DNA from: Escherichia coli
GTDB lineage: Bacteria > Pseudomonadota > Gammaproteobacteria > Enterobacterales > Enterobacteriaceae
Assembly: GCF_003018115.1 (NCBI RefSeq)
Contig: NZ_CP027457.1
Reading direction: 5' to 3' (one strand)
Length of the DNA stretch: 64,000 nucleotides
The notes beneath the pieces were generated by a model. It worked only from the letters and a program-made list of their open reading frames with translations, was not told where the DNA came from and searched no databases. Below, piece by piece: positions 57,503-64,000 of the stretch. Each line of letters begins with the position of its first letter. The stretch's first letter is position 1. The translations under genes were made by a program, and so were the position numbers.

Positions 57503-57757
57503 TCTGACGGGGGAACCTCCCCCGTTAAAAAAATTCTCTTCATTAAATTTGGTGACATGTGTCACGCTTTTACCAGGCAATTGTCGATTGCTCTAAATAA
57601 ATCCTCTAAACCAGCATATTCATCCAAGAATTACCTTTGCGTGATATTTCCTCAACATCGCGACGCAAACGTTCATATTGCCGCAATATTATTTTTTGAT
57701 ATGTTGAAAGGCGGATGCAAATCCGCACACAACATTTCAAAAGACAGGATTGGGTAA

Positions 57758-58990
57758 ATGGCAAAGGTATCGCTGGAGAAAGACAAGATTAAGTTTCTGC
57801 TGGTAGAAGGCGTGCACCAAAAGGCGCTGGAAAGCCTTCGTGCAGCTGGTTACACCAACATCGAATTTCACAAAGGCGCGCTGGATGATGAACAATTAAA
57901 AGAATCCATCCGCGATGCCCACTTCATCGGCCTGCGATCCCGTACCCATCTGACTGAAGACGTGATCAACGCCGCAGAAAAACTGGTCGCTATTGGCTGT
58001 TTCTGTATCGGAACAAACCAGGTTGATCTGGATGCGGCGGCAAAGCGCGGGATCCCGGTATTTAACGCACCGTTCTCAAATACGCGCTCTGTTGCGGAGC
58101 TGGTGATTGGCGAACTGCTGCTGCTATTGCGCGGCGTGCCGGAAGCCAATGCTAAAGCGCACCGTGGCGTGTGGAACAAACTGGCGGCGGGGTCTTTTGA
58201 AGCGCGCGGCAAAAAGCTGGGTATCATCGGCTACGGTCATATTGGTACGCAATTGGGCATTCTGGCTGAATCGCTGGGAATGTATGTTTACTTTTATGAT
58301 ATTGAAAACAAACTGCCGCTAGGCAACGCCACTCAGGTACAGCATCTTTCTGACCTGCTGAATATGAGCGATGTGGTGAGTCTGCATGTACCAGAGAATC
58401 CGTCCACCAAAAATATGATGGGCGCGAAAGAAATTTCACTAATGAAGCCCGGCTCGCTGCTGATTAATGCTTCGCGCGGTACTGTGGTGGATATTCCGGC
58501 GCTGTGTGATGCGCTGGCGAGCAAACATCTGGCGGGGGCGGCAATCGACGTATTCCCGACGGAACCGGCGACCAATAGCGATCCATTTACCTCTCCGCTG
58601 TGTGAATTCGACAACGTCCTTCTGACGCCACACATTGGCGGTTCGACTCAGGAAGCGCAGGAGAATATTGGCCTGGAAGTTGCGGGTAAATTGATCAAGT
58701 ATTCTGACAATGGCTCAACGCTCTCTGCGGTGAACTTCCCGGAAGTCTCGCTGCCACTGCACGGTGGGCGTCGTCTGATGCACATCCACGAAAACCGTCC
58801 GGGCGTGCTAACTGCGCTGAACAAAATCTTCGCCGAGCAGGGCGTCAACATCGCCGCGCAATATCTACAAACTTCCGCCCAGATGGGTTATGTGGTTATT
58901 GATATTGAAGCCGACGAAGACGTTGCCGAAAAAGCGCTGCAGGCAATGAAAGCTATTCCGGGTACCATTCGCGCCCGTCTGCTGTACTAA
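57758..58990 (+). CDS. serA: D-3-phosphoglycerate dehydrogenase
   Basis: 410 aa, NAD Rossmann motif plus C-terminal ACT domain. Confidence 0.98.
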   Translation: MAKVSLEKDKIKFLLVEGVHQKALESLRAAGYTNIEFHKGALDDEQLKESIRDAHFIGLRSRTHLTEDVINAAEKLVAIGCFCIGTNQVDLDAAAKRGIPVFNAPFSNTRSVAELVIGELLLLLRGVPEANAKAHRGVWNKLAAGSFEARGKKLGIIGYGHIGTQLGILAESLGMYVYFYDIENKLPLGNATQVQHLSDLLNMSDVVSLHVPENPSTKNMMGAKEISLMKPGSLLINASRGTVVDIPALCDALASKHLAGAAIDVFPTEPATNSDPFTSPLCEFDNVLLTPHIGGSTQEAQENIGLEVAGKLIKYSDNGSTLSAVNFPEVSLPLHGGRRLMHIHENRPGVLTALNKIFAEQGVNIAAQYLQTSAQMGYVVIDIEADEDVAEKALQAMKAIPGTIRARLLY

Positions 58991-59010
58991 TTCCCCTTCT
59001 CTGAAAATCA

Positions 59011-59041
59011 ACGGGCAGGTCACTGACTTGCCCGTTTTTTT
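59011..59041 (+). terminator. serA intrinsic terminator
   Basis: acgggcaggtc-N-gacttgcccgt hairpin followed by T7. Confidence 0.8.
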
Positions 59042-59171
59042 ATCCCTTCTCCACACCGTTGCCGCGTTGCGCATTCTACTTTGCGAGTCTGCTCCAGAAA
59101 ATAAATCAAAGTCAGATCAATGCGTTGTGTTTATTTAATGGGGATTTACGATGGCAGGACAGCATAGGGCT

Positions 59172-59330
59172 GTAACGGTAAAGCCCTCACCGAAGCGAGG
59201 GCTTGAAGGAGAAGGGTTATGATGCGACTTGTCATCATACTGATTGTACTGTTACTCATAAGTTTCCCAGCTTATTAACAGTCAGTCTCAGGGGAGGAGT
59301 CATCCTCCCTTACCCTTACTCACTAAATTA
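59172..59330 (-). ncRNA. Inferred Sib-type antisense sRNA opposite ibs copy 1 (approximate ends)
   Basis: Sib antitoxins are ~140-nt antisense RNAs covering the ibs ORF; minus-strand hairpin gccctcgcttcggtgagggc then UUU lies just beyond the ibs 5' end. Confidence 0.35.
59219..59278 (+). CDS. Ibs-family type I toxin (19 aa), copy 1, variant with Pro17
   Basis: atgatgcgacttgtcatcatactgattgtactgttactcataagtttcccagcttattaa = MMRLVIILIVLLLISFPAY; GGAGA RBS 6 nt upstream. Confidence 0.7.
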   Translation: MMRLVIILIVLLLISFPAY

Positions 59331-59360
59331 GGTCAAAGAATCAACGATGTCAATCAGGGC

Positions 59361-59428
59361 GATGCGGGATGTATCGCCCTGAACCGATCATTTGGATGCG
59401 GGATGTATCGCCCTGAACCGATCATTTG
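59361..59428 (+). repeat. Perfect 34-bp tandem direct duplication
   Basis: gatgcgggatgtatcgccctgaaccgatcatttg occurs twice back-to-back (59361-59394, 59395-59428). Confidence 0.95.
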
Positions 59429-59597
59429 ATAGACACTTCATCGCCCACGTTTACTGCCGTAATTAATCCCTTATCCCTGCAATGTGTGTCTGTCTTACAT
59501 GACGTTTTACGAGTGCGCTCGAAGAAAAAATTTAAAGGTAGATCAATGCATTGTGCATATTTAAAGAGAGTTTACGATGGCAGGGCAGCATGGGGCT

Positions 59598-59756
59598 GTA
59601 ACGGTAAAGCCCTCACCGAAGCGAGGGCTTGAAGGAGAAGGGTTATGATGCGACTTGTCATCATACTGATTGTACTGTTACTCATAAGTTTCAGCGCTTA
59701 TTAACAGTCAGTCACAGGGGAGGAGCAATCCTCCCTTACCCTTACTCACTAAATTA
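59598..59756 (-). ncRNA. sibC: Inferred SibC-type antisense sRNA opposite ibs copy 2 (approximate ends)
   Basis: Same repeat architecture as copy 1, 426 bp downstream. Confidence 0.35.
59645..59704 (+). CDS. ibsC: Ibs-family type I toxin IbsC (19 aa), copy 2
   Basis: atgatgcgacttgtcatcatactgattgtactgttactcataagtttcagcgcttattaa = MMRLVIILIVLLLISFSAY. Confidence 0.75.
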   Translation: MMRLVIILIVLLLISFSAY

Positions 59757-59804
59757 GGTTAAAGAATCAACGATGTCAATCAGGGCGATGCAGGTGTGTC
59801 GCCC

Positions 59805-60353
59805 TCACCACTCCCAGACTTTCGACGGTGTAACCACCGCAGGAAGAGGGATATCCCACTCTTCAACGGGGAGTTTTTCCACCAACTGACAATCATGCGC
59901 ATAACCCACCGGTTGCATTTTATAGTGCTGCCAGTTTTGTAAGGTCCGATCATAAAAACCACCGCCCATTCCCAGGCGCTGGCCGTACTCATCAAAGGCG
60001 ACCAGCGGTGTGATCAACACGTCTAATCGGGAAAGGGGTAGCACGTCACGCACATCCAATTTTGGCTCATGGATCTTCAACCTGTTCATCACCAGTTCGC
60101 TTTGCGGATGGTAATTCAGGAACAGCAAATTACCGGCACTAAAGGGATGCAAAACTGGAAGATATACGCGCTTACCGGCGCGCCAGAGTTGTTCTATGAG
60201 TGGCTGGGTGTCGAGTTCGCCATCAAAAGAGAGGAATACAGCGACCGTATGTGCCATCACCACCGGGGGATAAGTCATCATCCGGGTAGCGGCTTGTTGA
60301 CCCATTTCCTGCTGTTGTTCCGGCGTTAACGTACGACGACGTTGCCGAATCAT
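59805..60353 (-). CDS. fau: 5-formyltetrahydrofolate cyclo-ligase family protein Fau (YgfA)
   Basis: ORF 59805..60551; start set at MIRQRRRTLTPEQQQEM (182 aa); downstream of ssrS as in K-12. Confidence 0.88.
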   Translation of the reverse strand: MIRQRRRTLTPEQQQEMGQQAATRMMTYPPVVMAHTVAVFLSFDGELDTQPLIEQLWRAGKRVYLPVLHPFSAGNLLFLNYHPQSELVMNRLKIHEPKLDVRDVLPLSRLDVLITPLVAFDEYGQRLGMGGGFYDRTLQNWQHYKMQPVGYAHDCQLVEKLPVEEWDIPLPAVVTPSKVWEW

Positions 60354-60424
60354 TTTGCGGATTTCTTGTCGGGATAATGTCAGTGGGAGTTCTGGTAGTT
60401 GCGTCATGGCTGGTGCCAGATAAG

Positions 60425-60611
60425 AAGGGAATCTCCGAGATGCCGCCGCAGGCTGTAACCCTTGAACCCTTGGTTCAAGGTGAATGTGTCGTCGCAGTTT
60501 TAAGGCTTCTCGGACGGACCGAGCATGCTCACCAACCGCGGAGCGCCACATTCTTGTGGTATGAAATATCGGCTCAGGGGACTGGCCCGCTTGCGAACAT
60601 CTCAGAGAAAT
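60425..60611 (-). ncRNA. ssrS: 6S RNA
   Basis: Minus-strand sequence reads AUUUCUCUGAGAUGUUCGCAAGCGGGCCAGUCCCCUGAGCCGAUAUUUCAUACCACAAGAAUGUGGCGCUCCGCGG...GGCAUCUCGGAGAUUCCCU, matching E. coli 6S RNA; between zapA and fau. Confidence 0.92.
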
Positions 60612-60652
60612 TTTGTCTTCACGGTTACTCTACCACAGTAAACCGAAAAGTG

Positions 60653-61048
<396 letters not shown>

Positions 61049-61149
61049 CTATAGCTACCCTGATGAGAAGAGACAAGCCCTTTTCTGGTCCACCAGGGCC
61101 CAAAGTGGTAGCATATCATGAATATTCCTCCCTTTGACGACGAATGCTT

Positions 61150-61728
61150 ATGTCTATACAGAACGAAATGCCTGGTTACAACGAAATGAACCAGTATCTG
61201 AACCAACAAGGGACGGGTCTGACCCCTGCTGAGATGCATGGTTTAATCAGTGGGATGATATGTGGCGGTAACGATGACAGCTCATGGCTGCCGCTACTTC
61301 ACGACCTGACGAACGAAGGCATGGCTTTCGGTCATGAGCTGGCACAGGCACTGCGTAAAATGCACTCTGCCACCAGCGATGCCCTGCAGGATGACGGCTT
61401 CCTTTTTCAGCTTTATCTGCCTGATGGCGATGATGTCAGCGTTTTCGATCGGGCTGATGCGCTGGCAGGTTGGGTCAATCACTTCCTGCTTGGTCTTGGC
61501 GTTACGCAACCGAAGCTGGACAAAGTGACCGGCGAAACCGGTGAAGCCATCGACGATCTGCGTAACATCGCGCAGTTGGGCTACGACGAAGACGAAGATC
61601 AGGAAGAGCTTGAAATGTCGCTTGAAGAGATCATCGAGTACGTCCGTGTTGCCGCGCTGTTATGCCACGACACCTTTACTCATCCGCAACCGACCGCGCC
61701 AGAAGTACAAAAACCGACTCTACACTAA
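61150..61728 (+). CDS. ygfB: UPF0149 protein YgfB
   Basis: ORF 61144..61728; start set at [17 protein letters not shown] (192 aa). Confidence 0.9.
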
Positions 61729-61753
61729 AAACAAAAAACGTAAGGAGAGTGTT

Positions 61754-63079
61754 ATGAGTGAGATATCCCGGCAAGAGTTTCAGCGTCGCCGTCAGGCCCT
61801 GGTGGAGCAAATGCAACCCGGCAGCGCCGCGCTGATTTTTGCTGCACCAGAAGTAACACGTAGCGCCGACAGCGAATACCCCTATCGTCAGAACAGTGAC
61901 TTCTGGTACTTCACCGGCTTTAACGAACCGGAAGCGGTGCTGGTGCTGATTAAAAGCGATGACACTCATAACCACAGCGTTCTGTTTAACCGCGTTCGCG
62001 ACCTGACGGCGGAGATCTGGTTTGGCCGTCGTTTAGGTCAGGATGCCGCGCCAGAGAAACTGGGCGTTGACCGCGCACTGGCATTCAGCGAAATTAATCA
62101 GCAACTTTATCAACTACTTAATGGTCTGGATGTGGTTTACCACGCCCAGGGCGAATATGCATATGCTGATGAAATCGTGAACAGCGCGCTTGAGAAACTG
62201 CGTAAAGGTTCGCGGCAAAATCTCACCGCGCCGGCAACGATGATCGACTGGCGTCCCATTGTTCATGAAATGCGCCTGTTCAAATCGCCGGAAGAGATTG
62301 CCGTACTTCGCCGCGCGGGTGAAATCACCGCCCTGGCGCATACCCGGGCGATGGAAAAATGCCGTCCGGGAATGTTCGAGTACCACCTGGAAGGCGAAAT
62401 TCACCACGAATTTAACCGCCACGGCGCGCGCTATCCTTCCTATAACACCATTGTCGGCAGCGGTGAAAACGGCTGCATTCTGCATTACACCGAAAACGAG
62501 TGTGAACTGCGCGACGGCGATCTGGTGTTGATTGACGCGGGTTGCGAATACAAAGGTTACGCTGGCGATATTACCCGCACCTTCCCGGTCAACGGCAAAT
62601 TCACTCAGGCTCAGCGTGAAATCTACGACATTGTGCTGGAGTCTCTCGAAACCAGCCTGCGCCTGTATCGTCCGGGAACTTCCATTCAGGAAGTCACCGG
62701 TGAAGTGGTGCGCATCATGGTTAGCGGCCTGGTAAAACTCGGCATCCTGAAAGGTGATGTTGATGAACTGATCGCTCAGAACGCCCATCGTCCTTTCTTT
62801 ATGCATGGCCTTAGCCACTGGTTAGGGCTGGATGTCCATGACGTTGGCGTTTATGGTCAGGATCGCTCGCGCATTCTGGAACCGGGCATGGTACTGACCG
62901 TAGAGCCAGGGCTGTATATTGCGCCGGATGCAGAAGTGCCAGAACAATATCGCGGTATCGGCATTCGTATTGAAGACGACATTGTGATTACCGAAACCGG
63001 TAACGAAAACCTCACCGCCAGCGTGGTGAAAAAGCCGGAAGAAATCGAAGCATTGATGGCAGCTGCGAGAAAGCAATGA
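61754..63079 (+). CDS. pepP: Xaa-Pro aminopeptidase (aminopeptidase P II)
   Basis: ORF 61541..63079; start set at MSEISRQEFQRRRQAL (441 aa) with GGAGAG RBS; M24 metallopeptidase. Confidence 0.96.
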   Translation: MSEISRQEFQRRRQALVEQMQPGSAALIFAAPEVTRSADSEYPYRQNSDFWYFTGFNEPEAVLVLIKSDDTHNHSVLFNRVRDLTAEIWFGRRLGQDAAPEKLGVDRALAFSEINQQLYQLLNGLDVVYHAQGEYAYADEIVNSALEKLRKGSRQNLTAPATMIDWRPIVHEMRLFKSPEEIAVLRRAGEITALAHTRAMEKCRPGMFEYHLEGEIHHEFNRHGARYPSYNTIVGSGENGCILHYTENECELRDGDLVLIDAGCEYKGYAGDITRTFPVNGKFTQAQREIYDIVLESLETSLRLYRPGTSIQEVTGEVVRIMVSGLVKLGILKGDVDELIAQNAHRPFFMHGLSHWLGLDVHDVGVYGQDRSRILEPGMVLTVEPGLYIAPDAEVPEQYRGIGIRIEDDIVITETGNENLTASVVKKPEEIEALMAAARKQ

Positions 63080-64000
63080 GCGTAATCATCGTCGGTGGCG
63101 GCATGGCGGGCGCGACGCTGGCGCTGGCTATTTCCCGGTTAAGTCACGGGGTGTTGCCGGTACATCTGATTGAAGCGATCGCACCAGAGTCACATGCCCA
63201 TCCAGGCTTTGATGGCCGGGCTATTGCGCTGGCAGCAGGCACTTGTCAGCAGCTGGCGCGCATCGGTGTCTGGCAATCTCTGGCCGATTGCGCAACCGCC
63301 ATCACCACCGTTCATGTCAGCGATCGCGGCCATGCCGGATTCGTCACTCTTGCCGCAGAAGATTATCAACTGGCGGCGCTAGGGCAGGTTGTCGAATTGC
63401 ACAATGTTGGGCAACGGCTGTTTGCGCTGTTGCGTAAAGCACCAGGCGTCACGCTGCATTGTCCGGATCGCGTGGCTAACGTTGCCCGTACTCAGAGTCA
63501 TGTTGAAGTGACGCTGGAGTGTGGCGAGACGCTAACGGGCCGCGTGCTGGTAGCCGCTGATGGCACCCATTCAACGTTAGCCACTGTGTGCGGCGTTGAC
63601 TGGCAGCAGGAGCCTTACGAACAACTGGCTGTGATTGCCAACGTTGCGACTTCCGTTGCGCATGAAGGGCGAGCTTTTGAACGCTTTACGCAACATGGCC
63701 CGCTGGCGATGTTGCCGATGTCTGACGGACGCTGTTCGCTGGTCTGGTGTCATCCACTGGAACGGCGCGAAGAGGTGCTGTCGTGGAGCGACGAGAAGTT
63801 TTGCCGTGAACTCCAGTCGGCCTTTGGCTGGCGACTTGGGAAAATTACCCACGCTGGTAAACGCAGTGCTTATCCGCTGGCGTTAACCCACGCCGCCAGA
63901 TCTATTACCCATCGTACCGTGCTGGTGGGCAATGCGGCGCAAACCCTGCACCCGATTGCCGGGCAAGGGTTCAACCTCGGTATGCGAGATGTCATGAGTC
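63076..64000 (+). CDS. ubiH: 2-octaprenyl-6-methoxyphenol hydroxylase UbiH, 3'-truncated by window edge
   Basis: ATG at 63076 overlaps pepP stop (ATGA); translation MSVIIVGGGMAGATLALAI... shows FAD-binding GxGxxG; frame open to window end. Confidence 0.93.
   Translation, partial: MSVIIVGGGMAGATLALAISRLSHGVLPVHLIEAIAPESHAHPGFDGRAIALAAGTCQQLARIGVWQSLADCATAITTVHVSDRGHAGFVTLAAEDYQLAALGQVVELHNVGQRLFALLRKAPGVTLHCPDRVANVARTQSHVEVTLECGETLTGRVLVAADGTHSTLATVCGVDWQQEPYEQLAVIANVATSVAHEGRAFERFTQHGPLAMLPMSDGRCSLVWCHPLERREEVLSWSDEKFCRELQSAFGWRLGKITHAGKRSAYPLALTHAARSITHRTVLVGNAAQTLHPIAGQGFNLGMRDVMS

Noticed and set aside
57507-57535. Hairpin gacggggg-aacc-tcccccgt after rpiA as a terminator
   Set aside because: It is followed by an A-tract rather than a U-tract on the rpiA strand, so I could not support it as a canonical intrinsic terminator.

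Overview
This 64-kb window is Escherichia coli chromosome, collinear with (and reverse-complemented relative to) the K-12 ubiH–speC region, with dense, well-conserved housekeeping genes throughout. Identifications and the comparison with K-12 gene order are from memory of protein sequences, not from a database search; coordinates are read from the supplied ORF track with start codons corrected by eye. Gene order: speC, nupG-mltC-yggX-mutY, trmB-yggL, yggN, ansB, yggM, hemW-rdgB-yggUTS, yggR, ruvX-yqgE-gshB-rsmE-endA-sprT, galP, metK, yqgB-speA-speB, loiP, tktA, cmtBA-yggPFDC, epd-pgk-fbaA, mscS, argO, yggE, ygfI, scpCBA-argK, argP, rpiA, serA, fau-ssrS-zapA, ygfB-pepP-ubiH. Four segments appear to be absent from K-12 at these positions: (1) a 5-gene ECF-type transporter operon with a PPC/DUF296 protein between yggC and epd, the best candidate for an undescribed system; (2) a TRAP transporter operon (dctPQM-like) between hemW and yggM, preceded by an unusual AT-rich leader with a G10 tract; (3) an orphan lipoprotein gene between speA and speB; (4) a tandem pair of Ibs/Sib type I toxin-antitoxin modules between serA and fau. 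None is flanked by integrase, IS or tRNA genes, so each could equally be a K-12 lineage deletion. Also present are the 6S RNA gene ssrS, several REP/BIME clusters and clear intrinsic terminators. No CRISPR array, prophage or IS element was seen.
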